A stretch of 64,000 nt of DNA, from positions 2,400,001 through 2,464,000 of the forward strand of contig OZ241917.1 of NCBI GenBank assembly GCA_965203805.1. The letters run 5' to 3'. Position numbers and translations under genes: made by a program. The first letter of the stretch is position 1, and each line of letters opens with the position of its first letter. This document shows positions 1 to 10,172 of this stretch, piece after piece. Source of the DNA: Candidatus Latescibacterota bacterium. GTDB taxonomy: Bacteria > Latescibacterota > UBA2968 > GCA-2709665. The notes beneath the pieces were generated by a model. It made no database searches. It was given only the letters and a program-made list of their open reading frames with translations, and was not told the DNA's origin.

Positions 1-21
1 GACCTCCCATTCTGAAACCTT

Positions 22-3000
22 GTTTCAATCCTTGTTCTGATGGAAGATTCTCTCTGAGCACTGACCGGCGCGGATGCTGTTATCAGCACGGTGATGTTTC
101 AATCCTTGTTCTGATGGAAGATTCTCTCTGAGTCCGGACAGCGCCGCGCGGTCCGCCTGCAGCGAGCGGAGTTTCAATCCTTGTTCTGATGGAAGATTCT
201 CTCTGAGCGATCCCGGCTGAAGGCGTTGCGTGGTTGATTCCCAGGGTTTCAATCCTTGTTCTGATGGAAGATTCTCTCTGAGCGGCGCACGGCCCGCGAA
301 CAGCAGGCCCTGATCGAGTTTCAATCCTTGTTCTGATGGAAGATTCTCTCTGAGCAGGGGGCGGACGTTTGCATGCTCCGGGAGTATGCCATGTTTCAAT
401 CCTTGTTCTGATGGAAGATTCTCTCTGAGAGGCAGGGCTCGGGATTTGCACGGACCAACGTTGCAGTTTCAATCCTTGTTCTGATGGAAGATTCTCTCTG
501 AGTCCAGATCGTATCGAACAGCGGCGAGCCATTCTTTTCGTTTCAATCCTTGTTCTGATGGAAGATTCTCTCTGAGCGGAGGCCGGGAATATCACGGCGC
601 GGACGCTGGCGAAGTTTCAATCCTTGTTCTGATGGAAGATTCTCTCTGAGACGTCGTGCAGCTCTGTTATCCGACGTCGGAAGCCCTGTTTCAATCCTTG
701 TTCTGATGGAAGATTCTCTCTGAGAGTGCGCCGTATGCGGTTATGTCAAGTGCAGGTGCCGTTTCAATCCTTGTTCTGATGGAAGATTCTCTCTGAGGTG
801 AGGAACGGCGGAACAGACCACCCCAGACATAACCCGTTTCAATCCTTGTTCTGATGGAAGATTCTCTCTGAGACCCGGAACAGGAACCGGGTGACAAAGG
901 TATCGAGGTTTCAATCCTTGTTCTGATGGAAGATTCTCTCTGAGACCCGGAACAGGAACCGGGTGACAAAGGTATCGAGGTTTCAATCCTTGTTCTGATG
1001 GAAGATTCTCTCTGAGATATGACCGCGAACCATATCACGACGTCGGTATTTAGTTTCAATCCTTGTTCTGATGGAAGATTCTCTCTGAGCACAAAGGCGA
1101 AAGCTACGGATGATAGCTTTGAACCTGTTTCAATCCTTGTTCTGATGGAAGATTCTCTCTGAGCGGTGCCGGATGCGCCGGCGAGGCCCGTCGCTTTCGC
1201 CCGGTTTCAATCCTTGTTCTGATGGAAGATTCTCTCTGAGTTCTGTATCCGCCGTCTGACGGATGGCCTGACGTGCTGTTTCAATCCTTGTTCTGATGGA
1301 AGATTCTCTCTGAGCATTCAGCGGTTGGGCCGCGTCATACGCGCCTTCTACGGGTTTCAATCCTTGTTCTGATGGAAGATTCTCTCTGAGGTAGGAAGCT
1401 GCTTTGGTCCCACTGTCCACACGGTCCAGTTTCAATCCTTGTTCTGATGGAAGATTCTCTCTGAGTGTTGAAAGTCTCCCCGTCCCCGAAACCCTGGCTA
1501 TCCGTTTCAATCCTTGTTCTGATGGAAGATTCTCTCTGAGCGCGCTGCAGTTCGGCCTTGTGGAAGTTCGCGGCTGTGTTTCAATCCTTGTTCTGATGGA
1601 AGATTCTCTCTGAGCCTGGTTCCTGCGGGCCCTGTTCTGCCGGGTGAAAAGTGTTTCAATCCTTGTTCTGATGGAAGATTCTCTCTGAGCCGGTCTGGGG
1701 AGTCGATTGAGAGGCTGGTTTGCGAATGTTTCAATCCTTGTTCTGATGGAAGATTCTCTCTGAGCGGGGCGGTTGAGCGTTGTCATCGCCGCTATCGACA
1801 AAATGTTTCAATCCTTGTTCTGATGGAAGATTCTCTCTGAGGAAAAGCACCTGTGGCGCACCGCCCGCATTTTGGCCGAGTTTCAATCCTTGTTCTGATG
1901 GAAGATTCTCTCTGAGTTTTTGCGGCTCCCGCCGAAGGTTGTTGACCAGATCATGTTTCAATCCTTGTTCTGATGGAAGATTCTCTCTGAGTAACAGTGG
2001 GGGATTCGCTGGCAAGGCCCCAAACGCCTGTTTCAATCCTTGTTCTGATGGAAGATTCTCTCTGAGCTATTCGCATCGCTTCGCGCAAGCGGTGGTTATT
2101 TACGTTTCAATCCTTGTTCTGATGGAAGATTCTCTCTGAGCGTCTCGAGGTGGTCACGGTCGTACTACATCGATGCCGTTTCAATCCTTGTTCTGATGGA
2201 AGATTCTCTCTGAGTGAAGGTCGCGCAGCTTTATGCGTACCGCGAGGGGGTCGTTTCAATCCTTGTTCTGATGGAAGATTCTCTCTGAGAGCTTACGCTG
2301 AAGCGATCCCAGGCAATCACAGCCTCGGTTTCAATCCTTGTTCTGATGGAAGATTCTCTCTGAGGATCATGACGCCGGGAAGCGCATTCGATATCACGAT
2401 GTTTCAATCCTTGTTCTGATGGAAGATTCTCTCTGAGCGGCGCCGTCGTCGACGTCCTCCGCGATGCGCCCACCGTTTCAATCCTTGTTCTGATGGAAGA
2501 TTCTCTCTGAGGCACGGGCGCGAATCAATTAGAGCCTCTCAGGTCGATGTTTCAATCCTTGTTCTGATGGAAGATTCTCTCTGAGTAGTCGAGCACATCC
2601 AGGCAGGAGAGTATGCATGGGACGTTTCAATCCTTGTTCTGATGGAAGATTCTCTCTGAGTCTGGGAGTATGTCATGGAGGGTGCATTGATCCGCGTTTC
2701 AATCCTTGTTCTGATGGAAGATTCTCTCTGAGGGCCTCCAGATGCGCCGGTAACCGCCGGCGGTTCTTGTTTCAATCCTTGTTCTGATGGAAGATTCTCT
2801 CTGAGCGCCGTAGGAGATTTTTGTGAGTCTTCAGGGAGAGAGTTTCAATCCTTGTTCTGATGGAAGATTCTCTCTGAGATCGTGGCGGGTGAAAGTGCAG
2901 CGTGTGCGACGTGTCATGTTTCAATCCTTGTTCTGATGGAAGATTCTCTCTGAGTGAGCTACCCGCCAAAATCGTCAAGTATGCTTCTTTAGTTTCAATC

Positions 3001-3847
3001 CTTGTTCTGATGGAAGATTCTCTCTGAGCCTGTCAGGCGTTGTGCGATACGAGCTAACGGTTTACGGGGTTTCAATCCTTGTTCTGATGGAAGATTCTCT
3101 CTGAGCGGGCGCGGTTCGCCCGGATTCTCAAATGCTTAGAGTGTTTCAATCCTTGTTCTGATGGAAGATTCTCTCTGAGTCTCGTCCAGTTCGAGGGCGC
3201 GGACGTGTGCATGTGTTTCAATCCTTGTTCTGATGGAAGATTCTCTCTGAGCATGGGGGGCCTCTGATGCTGAAGAACTTAACGCCTCTGTTTCAATCCT
3301 TGTTCTGATGGAAGATTCTCTCTGAGCTATCACAGACGGAACTGTCACAACTACAGATGATGGGTTTCAATCCTTGTTCTGATGGAAGATTCTCTCTGAG
3401 CTTGAATATAAGCGGCCAACACACGGCCAAAATTGAAACCGTTTCAATCCTTGTTCTGATGGAAGATTCTCTCTGAGGATCTGGCCGACGTCGGCGGTCC
3501 TGGCGTGTTCCGGATGTTTCAATCCTTGTTCTGATGGAAGATTCTCTCTGAGTTCTCGTCCAGTTCGAGGGCCAGGACGTGTGCATGCTGTTTCAATCCT
3601 TGTTCTGATGGAAGATTCTCTCTGAGGGTCGAATGTCATTTCCCCGACTACAGGACTAAGGCGTTTCAATCCTTGTTCTGATGGAAGATTCTCTCTGAGA
3701 GCAATGGCTATTATTGCAGGTTCGGAAGATATAGCGTTTCAATCCTTGTTCTGATGGAAGATTCTCTCTGAGGTACCCTGCTCACTGGCTATTCGCTCAA
3801 TCCGGTTAGCGTTTCAATCCTTGTTCTGATGGAAGATTCTCTCTGAG
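22..3847 (-). CRISPR. CRISPR array: 52 copies of a 37-bp repeat and 51 complete spacers of about 35-40 bp
   Basis: Repeat GTTTCAATCCTTGTTCTGATGGAAGATTCTCTCTGAG on the + strand, counted by eye from 22 to 3847. Its reverse complement ends in the canonical ATTGAAAC. The AT-rich leader and the cas genes lie to the right, so transcription is on the minus strand. The array may continue left of the window. Confidence 0.99.
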
Positions 3848-4018
3848 CGCATTTTATCCATATCTTCCGAAATTCCAATGGGTTGAGTGGAATAACCGGA
3901 ACTCGTATTCATCCGTAGACCGTACTTTTTTTCTCTGATACAGTGTCATTCTCACCTCCATTGCAGGCCGAATCTCTCACAACATATTATTTTTCAATAG
4001 GATAGGCTGTAAATTTAA
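3848..4018 (-). promoter_or_regulatory. CRISPR leader
   Basis: AT-rich non-coding stretch between the cas4 stop and the first repeat. Confidence 0.8.
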
Positions 4019-4615
4019 TCAGACACAGATATTTCTATAACAACAGTCCCCACATTTGACACGATGAGGTGTTTTTCTGGGCAGACGTCCAGTCTCAATG
4101 ATGTCGAGGATCTCAGCCACAGCAGTCTTTGCTGCGCTTTCTTCGGCCTCGCCAATGGGGACTTCGACCAACCGACTGCCACCGCGCACGTACGCTATGT
4201 AACCACGCGTTACCGATTTTCGATAGACTTCGCGGGCGAGAAGCCCATAGAGAGTAATTTGGATTCGATGAGTCTTGAAAGCATTCTCTCGATAGGGCGT
4301 ATACTTGTAATCGAGCGGTGCAAACGTCCCATCGTGCAATGTCAGGACTTCATCGACAACCCCACGGACACTTAGCGCGGGTGACGCCAAATACACGTTG
4401 AGATCTCTATCTACGGCACCGATTTTCTTCCGCAGGTAGGATCGGTTTTCGCGTTCCCTGCGTTTGTGGACTTCCCGCCCCTTGAGCACCTTGAAGCGCC
4501 GGTCCTCAAACTGCGGGATATTAAGCACGTTCATGAAATACGTGAAACGGGGACAATAGACGTGCTCGATCACCTCCGAAGGCGTGATCATGATTGTCGT
4601 TTCGGTGTCGCTCAC
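4019..4615 (-). CDS. cas4: CRISPR-associated exonuclease Cas4
   Basis: YCPR, RGVVD, DYK, QITLY and C-terminal CGDCCYRNIC Fe-S/RecB motifs. Confidence 0.96.
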   Translation of the reverse strand: MSDTETTIMITPSEVIEHVYCPRFTYFMNVLNIPQFEDRRFKVLKGREVHKRRERENRSYLRKKIGAVDRDLNVYLASPALSVRGVVDEVLTLHDGTFAPLDYKYTPYRENAFKTHRIQITLYGLLAREVYRKSVTRGYIAYVRGGSRLVEVPIGEAEESAAKTAVAEILDIIETGRLPRKTPHRVKCGDCCYRNICV

Positions 4616-4917
4616 AGGAATAGACTCTTTACTTCGTCGGTGACCAGTTTCTGGTCAAACGCCTGGCCTTGTAGTACGACTTTGCGGAAGTCCATGGCGC
4701 ACATGGGGAAAATATACACGCTGTCGGTTTCCTCATCTATGTGTTCCTCAATACGCATCGAGAGTTCATCCAGCCGGTTGTGTTTGACCGTCCCGAGAAA
4801 GACGGACTTTTGTACTCGGTAGAGGCCGGCTTCTTGACAGGCTTTGCCCACCTTCCGCCGACCCTTGTCGGCTGAGATATCGTATAGGACCCAGGTAAGG
4901 GATTCGTCAGATTTCAT
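4612..4917 (-). CDS. cas2: CRISPR-associated endoribonuclease Cas2
   Basis: VLYDIS, RVQKSVF and DSVYIFPMC motifs; 101 aa. Confidence 0.97.
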   Translation of the reverse strand: MKSDESLTWVLYDISADKGRRKVGKACQEAGLYRVQKSVFLGTVKHNRLDELSMRIEEHIDEETDSVYIFPMCAMDFRKVVLQGQAFDQKLVTDEVKSLFL

Positions 4918-5912
4918 GTTCTCATCTCTTTGGTGTTCGGATCGTTGGCAAGCAGTTTATTAGCGATGCGGTGCAGATCGAATTGTATGCTGTCGCGCCG
5001 AGTGATGTTTCGGCCCCGGTAGCGGGTGGCTTCGTCGAGATACGTCGTGAACGCTTCGATGAGGACGGCCTTGCCCTGTTTGTTCAGTGTGAGTCCATTT
5101 TGGAGGTTGTCGAACAGGTCTTTTTTGATCTTGCGCGCAGAGAAAAGTCCAAGCACCGTCTCGTCCGCCCAAATCCGGTATTGCTCGATAAGGTCAAATA
5201 CAAGGGATGGTTTGTTGTAGTGATCGGTATGAATGAACCCAATGTATGGATCGAGTCCGGCGAGCAAACAGGCTCGTTCGACCGTACCATACAGGATGCC
5301 ATAGGCATAATTGAGCAGGCAGTTGAATGGGTCTTTGGCCGGATTGCGGCTCCGGCCTTCAAACCGGTAGTGGATTGGTAAGAGTAATGATACAGCCGAC
5401 CAGTAGGTTCGTCCGGCACGCCCCTCCAGGCCGAGAAGGCTCTGGCGTGCGGAATCAATTTTTCCTGTGACGTCCTGCGTTTGATCTTTGAGCGTCTTTA
5501 GACTACCGATCGCTTCGGTCAGCTGCGCTGAAAGGCGCGTCCGACGATCGCGCATGCGCGCCAGCAGCGCAATCTGGTTGTCAAATTTGCGCTCCACCCA
5601 GCCGAGGGCAAGCCGCATGCCAAGGTCGGTTTCCGCGGCCGCAAATTGCATTCGTCGTATCGCGGTTGTTGAACCTGGTCGGCCGTGCCACACCCGACCG
5701 AACGGGTCGCCGTACTTGTCCAGAAAGAGGATGTCGATATTCTTCTCAACAGCAAGTTGCACCGCATCGGACGAGAACGCCGCGCCCGTTGAAATCAGAA
5801 TGGAGCGTACCTTGCGAGCGGAGATTTCGGTCGATTGTCCATCAACTTTGATGTTGAACAATTCCCCGCGCCGGCTCAGATACGCACCGAATGTGTTGAG
5901 TACGAGTTGCAT
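4914..5912 (-). CDS. cas1: CRISPR-associated integrase Cas1
   Basis: LGLEG...YW, DPFNCLLNYAYGIL, GLDPYIGFIH and LVFDLIEQYR motifs. The start is taken at MQLVLN, whose ATG overlaps the cas3 stop (TAATG). Confidence 0.97.
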   Translation of the reverse strand: MQLVLNTFGAYLSRRGELFNIKVDGQSTEISARKVRSILISTGAAFSSDAVQLAVEKNIDILFLDKYGDPFGRVWHGRPGSTTAIRRMQFAAAETDLGMRLALGWVERKFDNQIALLARMRDRRTRLSAQLTEAIGSLKTLKDQTQDVTGKIDSARQSLLGLEGRAGRTYWSAVSLLLPIHYRFEGRSRNPAKDPFNCLLNYAYGILYGTVERACLLAGLDPYIGFIHTDHYNKPSLVFDLIEQYRIWADETVLGLFSARKIKKDLFDNLQNGLTLNKQGKAVLIEAFTTYLDEATRYRGRNITRRDSIQFDLHRIANKLLANDPNTKEMRT

Positions 5913-8218
5913 TAGAATAGCCTTAAAGCAACGTCTGCAGCGAAGCGTCCGCCTAAGTGTGAGTCGTATTCCATTTCGCAGAACGAAAACAAGCCGTCTC
6001 CTTCTCTCAAGTAGTGTTTTTTTATATACCACAAAGGCATTTTTAACTCGTAAAGCCGTCGATCCTTGGGATCCGCCAAACCTATTACATCGTCCTTGAA
6101 TTCGTGAGGAATGACGCTTTGTTGTTCGTAATTGGAGACCCGAGTACTCCGTCGCTCATCGTGACCACGTACGGGATCTAAAATACCCGAAAAGCGCCTC
6201 TGATCTTGCATTACGGTTTGCTGGGCAAGGATGAAATCCTCGTGTGTATTAATCTCAGTATGGGCATAAATGCTCTCTACCAAATCAAGCAGATCCTGTT
6301 CGGTTAGCCGCCTGTTGTCCATATCTGCAAATGCACGGAAACTACGGTTTAAGAGAGCCTGTTCCGCGCTCTGCTCAATATGCATATTATCGAAATATAT
6401 CCTTTCCGAGCCAGGTCCTGGACGAAAGATGACGACCTCACCATCACGCCTCCTCTTTCGGTTGACTCGTCCTGCCCGTTGCGCTAGCGCGTCGGGGGGC
6501 GCGCATTCGGTAAAAAGCACATCAAAATCAATATCTAGAGCGACTTCTACCACTTGTGTCGCAATCAACAGCGTAGGCTCTTTATTTAAAATAAACTCCT
6601 CTTTGTCTTGTCTGTCTTTGAGAATAAACTTGGAGTGATAACAGACAGGCTGAAGCTCTTCAAGAGCTTCGGCTAATTCTTGACATCGTCTCACGGTATT
6701 TACCACTACCAAGACTCGTTTTCCGACAATGACCTTATCCCGGATCAGGTCCAATCTATCGAGAAGATCGCCGTCAACAACCCGGAACAAACTTCTGGAT
6801 TCTTGCAGCAACTCGTGATCTCTGACGACCTCCGTATGTGCCGATTCCTCTAGCGCAGTCATTAGACTGCATTCCAAGAAACGAGGCAAAGTCGCGCTCA
6901 TAACCATGAATCGTGCTCCGGCGGCTCCCAACTGTTCAATAGCTTTGAATATTAGGCCCGCCGTATAGGGATCGTATGCATGAATTTCGTCCAGAATAAT
7001 TGCGGAGTCACAGGCGGCAAACGCCTTAAGAGGCCACAGTCCTGCATGAAACAAAGTCGTCAAAAGTTGATCAACGGTCCCTACTGTCACGGGTGGGATA
7101 AAATGGCGGTCAAAGAGCGCACGCGAACGCACGTCCTCTCTGCCGTCGCCGACTGCATCATCCATCTGAGCTTGCTCTCGCCGGTTTACTAAATCCGCCA
7201 TTGAGTGCGTCAGACCGACTGGGTGACCATAAGAAGAAAAAAACTGACGCATCCGTTCATACAAACTGTTCGCCGTTACCATGGTAGGAAGGAGGTAGAG
7301 GATTTTTCCAACGTGACCTTGTTCCACCTGCCCCAATGCCCACAGCAAGGCTGCTTCCGTCTTGCCGATGCCCGTAGGCGCGACTGCGACTACATGGCCG
7401 TCTATACTTCCACAAGTACGTTGGAAATCACGAAACTCCGAAAAAACCCAGCCTTCGCGTTTGCCTTTTTCTATCAGATAGGAATAGACTTTTTTAGGGC
7501 CTACATCTACAGTAAATCGGTAATCGAAGCTGTGCGCCGAAGCGTGCCAATCGGCATTTATCAATAGTCCCTTCATCAGGATAAACAACGCTCGGACAGC
7601 GTCGATGTCTGTCACCCTTCTTTTCAAGCTACTAACGAAGGACGGTCGCTTTTTCGCCAGCTCGCTACACTTCTCGTAATCCAATGTCGGAGGGCAAGCA
7701 CCGAAATCGTCAAAGATCTTCTCGACGACACGTTGCCCTTCTTCAATGCCCCCTTCAACCCATGTAAGAGCACCAGGGTTTTTGCCCTCGCGCTCGAAAC
7801 GAGTCAATTCTCCATCAACCGGTTTGTGATGGCCGAGAACTACCATCGCTTCCGTTACTCCCGTGCAGATAGCTTCGGTCAATTGGCCATGAGTCTGTCG
7901 CAAATTGCGGGCCGCTAGAAAAACAAAGGCAGTAGATGCGTATTCATGGCGAAAATTGGCTTTGATGGCTCTCTGTCTATCAACCTCAGAGGAGGCGTAC
8001 ATAATGCGTTGGAAATTCGCCGATAGCTTGCCCATATCGTGAAAAGCTACACACAAAAGGCTGCTTAGCAGAAAGCGATCTCGGTCTATGCTGTGGCGAT
8101 CACATAGTCGATTGATCGCACCGCTGTGTCTATCGATCAATTGCCTCCAAGCCAAATAGACGCTCCAAACGTGCTGCTCGTACGTTTCATCGGGCCTGCA
8201 CTTAGCGAGAAAGATCAT
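5912..8218 (-). CDS. cas3: CRISPR-associated helicase/nuclease Cas3 (HD + SF2)
   Basis: HDMGK, HEYAS, GHH and ADW HD motifs; APTGIGKTE, DEIH, MSAT and QRAGRVNR helicase motifs. Confidence 0.97.
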   Translation of the reverse strand: MIFLAKCRPDETYEQHVWSVYLAWRQLIDRHSGAINRLCDRHSIDRDRFLLSSLLCVAFHDMGKLSANFQRIMYASSEVDRQRAIKANFRHEYASTAFVFLAARNLRQTHGQLTEAICTGVTEAMVVLGHHKPVDGELTRFEREGKNPGALTWVEGGIEEGQRVVEKIFDDFGACPPTLDYEKCSELAKKRPSFVSSLKRRVTDIDAVRALFILMKGLLINADWHASAHSFDYRFTVDVGPKKVYSYLIEKGKREGWVFSEFRDFQRTCGSIDGHVVAVAPTGIGKTEAALLWALGQVEQGHVGKILYLLPTMVTANSLYERMRQFFSSYGHPVGLTHSMADLVNRREQAQMDDAVGDGREDVRSRALFDRHFIPPVTVGTVDQLLTTLFHAGLWPLKAFAACDSAIILDEIHAYDPYTAGLIFKAIEQLGAAGARFMVMSATLPRFLECSLMTALEESAHTEVVRDHELLQESRSLFRVVDGDLLDRLDLIRDKVIVGKRVLVVVNTVRRCQELAEALEELQPVCYHSKFILKDRQDKEEFILNKEPTLLIATQVVEVALDIDFDVLFTECAPPDALAQRAGRVNRKRRRDGEVVIFRPGPGSERIYFDNMHIEQSAEQALLNRSFRAFADMDNRRLTEQDLLDLVESIYAHTEINTHEDFILAQQTVMQDQRRFSGILDPVRGHDERRSTRVSNYEQQSVIPHEFKDDVIGLADPKDRRLYELKMPLWYIKKHYLREGDGLFSFCEMEYDSHLGGRFAADVALRLF

Positions 8219-8946
8219 CGAGGTACCAGTGTAATTCGGTCGTAGCCTGGGCCTAGGATTTTGGTACTTAGACTAAAGCCCTTGATTGGGTCTTTAACTT
8301 GTATCGGATGGCCGATATAGGTAAAAAACTCCCGTCCGACAATCGTACGTCGCTCGCCTTCAAAACTGAAGCGTACAGGTAGATTGAACACTTGGGGCGC
8401 ACGTATTGACTCAGTGAGAGGTAGCTCTAAGACGGATTTATCTGCTTCGTATGCTCCTGTAATATCCTGAGGCACTGCACAAAAATGGACCGATTCTATT
8501 GGTTCCCAATCTGCCTCCGATAATCCGACGGAGCACAAGACGAGCAGGCTATCGCTGTGACCAGCGGTAAGCGCATATACCGGGTCGTTGAACGCTTGGG
8601 CAATTCGCTGAGCAGTGGATTCTTCTTCAGCACAGTACCCTAGACCAATAGATAGATCGACAACATATTCCCTTAGTATAACATCTGAGATCACTTCCCC
8701 GGACTTCACTTTGCGGTACTTCCAGAGGTCCTTAAAGGTGCCGCGATCTCTACCCCCGACGCCAACGAGGATGTTATACTCCTCAACGAACTGTTGACTC
8801 TCCTCCATACCATACCCGAGTGCCGCCCCTAGCAATCCGATACAGCTTGTATAGGACGGAAGGGGTAGCGTTTTATGGAACGTATGTGTTTCAGGTAGGC
8901 GAAAAGAGGCGGTTTCCGCGAATGCCTGGATCAATACTAGATGCAT
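8215..8946 (-). CDS. cas5: Cas5 (type I-B)
   Basis: N-terminal ASFRLP...TLPLPSYTSCIGLLGAALG RAMP motif; position in the operon. Confidence 0.93.
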   Translation of the reverse strand: MHLVLIQAFAETASFRLPETHTFHKTLPLPSYTSCIGLLGAALGYGMEESQQFVEEYNILVGVGGRDRGTFKDLWKYRKVKSGEVISDVILREYVVDLSIGLGYCAEEESTAQRIAQAFNDPVYALTAGHSDSLLVLCSVGLSEADWEPIESVHFCAVPQDITGAYEADKSVLELPLTESIRAPQVFNLPVRFSFEGERRTIVGREFFTYIGHPIQVKDPIKGFSLSTKILGPGYDRITLVPR

Positions 8947-8949
8947 GCC

Positions 8950-9873
8950 TTACACTCCGTTTTGCCGATAACAATCTCTCACCCAACACTTCAGCTGTAC
9001 GAATGCCTCACCGATGGTACAGGCTCTTTCGGGTACACCATCAAATAAACCTGAACGCACCCCAATTACAGAATCGATCACTACAGCCTCATGGTCTTTT
9101 AGCACTTCTTCTAAGACCAACCCGTTAAGCGTTTGTCCTTTGACTTGGACGGATTCCAAAAAGATCGGTGCTTTGACTGAAGTAAGGGCAGCAGCAACGA
9201 ACTTGGGTGTCAAATCTGCCAAGAATCGACTTTGCCGCCCGGTGCTCCACAGATTCTGCAGAGCTTCTAGCAACGCAGTAATGCGCTCTATCTTAAGAGA
9301 GGTTTTCAATTCTCTTTCAAAACCGTCACCTGCCCCTACACGATCAAGTTCGACGAGAATGGTGCCCCGATAGAGACCGCCGTGAATTTCCGTTTCGTAG
9401 ATATTGGGATCGCCACCCGCTTTGACACTCATGTAGTTGGTGCCGAAATCTAAGTCTCCTTGGTAAGGCTGTATGGCGACGAGTGGCGAAACTCGCACGG
9501 GGGAAGTTCGTTTGTCGGTCTTTCCTCTTGCTCCCTGACTCTCCCCCGCTTGGGCATTCATGTAGCCGAATAGATCATCATCAATATATGAGACTGGATC
9601 GCATTCCGTTGTCGCTGCTCCCTTTTTGGCCGCAGCCACAACGCCCTCGGACAACTCGTGGCCCATCGTGTCCAACTGATCACGCAATGCCCTGCGTAGC
9701 GCCTGTGAGGAGACATAGGGATATTCCCTGATGCCTTCGTTTGTTTCCCTGGTGAGCTTTTTGATACTTGATATATTATCCGCTTCCTTATCACTCCCGT
9801 TGAGGCTGGCGAATGAAACGGGCGTTAGGTAGGTTACAGTTAAGGCTTTCGCTTGAGTATGATCTTTGCTCAT
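8950..9873 (-). CDS. cas7: Cas7/Cst2/DevR backbone subunit (type I-B)
   Basis: PYVSSQALRRALR, DDDLFGYM, KRTSPVRVS and IYETEIH motifs. Confidence 0.95.
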   Translation of the reverse strand: MSKDHTQAKALTVTYLTPVSFASLNGSDKEADNISSIKKLTRETNEGIREYPYVSSQALRRALRDQLDTMGHELSEGVVAAAKKGAATTECDPVSYIDDDLFGYMNAQAGESQGARGKTDKRTSPVRVSPLVAIQPYQGDLDFGTNYMSVKAGGDPNIYETEIHGGLYRGTILVELDRVGAGDGFERELKTSLKIERITALLEALQNLWSTGRQSRFLADLTPKFVAAALTSVKAPIFLESVQVKGQTLNGLVLEEVLKDHEAVVIDSVIGVRSGLFDGVPERACTIGEAFVQLKCWVRDCYRQNGV

Positions 9874-10172
9874 TGCTTCTCTCCTTTCTTGTCGTTTGAG
9901 GCAGTACCAGCGTTGAAAGAATTGAGAGCCGCCAACATGCAGAAACCGCGAAACTCTTCGAAGTTAGTTTGATTTAGTTGACCTTCGTACGTGGCTGGGG
10001 GTACGGCAATTTTCCACTTAAACTGAAGTCGGTTGAGTTCGCTGAGAAAATCTGGAACCGTTCGACACTTTCTCAGTGCGAACAGACTTCCCTTTTTGCC
10101 GCCTTCCTTGGCGATGACCGAGCCAATGCGTCTCCCAAGAGTTACGGCTGCTTCACGCGCGTGTGTTTCCAT
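9870..10172 (-). CDS. cas11: Predicted internally translated Cas11 small subunit (C-terminal 100 aa of Cas8)
   Basis: In-frame ATG (METHAREAA...) preceded by AAGGAGG inside cas8 (reads GAAAGGAGGAAGT-ATG). Confidence 0.7.
   Translation of the reverse strand: METHAREAAVTLGRRIGSVIAKEGGKKGSLFALRKCRTVPDFLSELNRLQFKWKIAVPPATYEGQLNQTNFEEFRGFCMLAALNSFNAGTASNDKKGEKQ

Noticed and set aside
25-3669. Many ORFs with repeating LRENLPSEQGLK / QRESSIRTRIET peptides
   Set aside because: They are translations of the CRISPR repeats, not genes.
59-3810. Self-targeting spacers within the window
   Set aside because: No match seen by eye. An exhaustive alignment was not possible, so this is unproven rather than excluded.
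5913-6032. N-terminal extension of Cas1 starting MVYKK, the same peptide as the mini-ORF
   Set aside because: It overlaps cas3 in another frame and uses different codons, so it is a coincidence. The real start is 5912.
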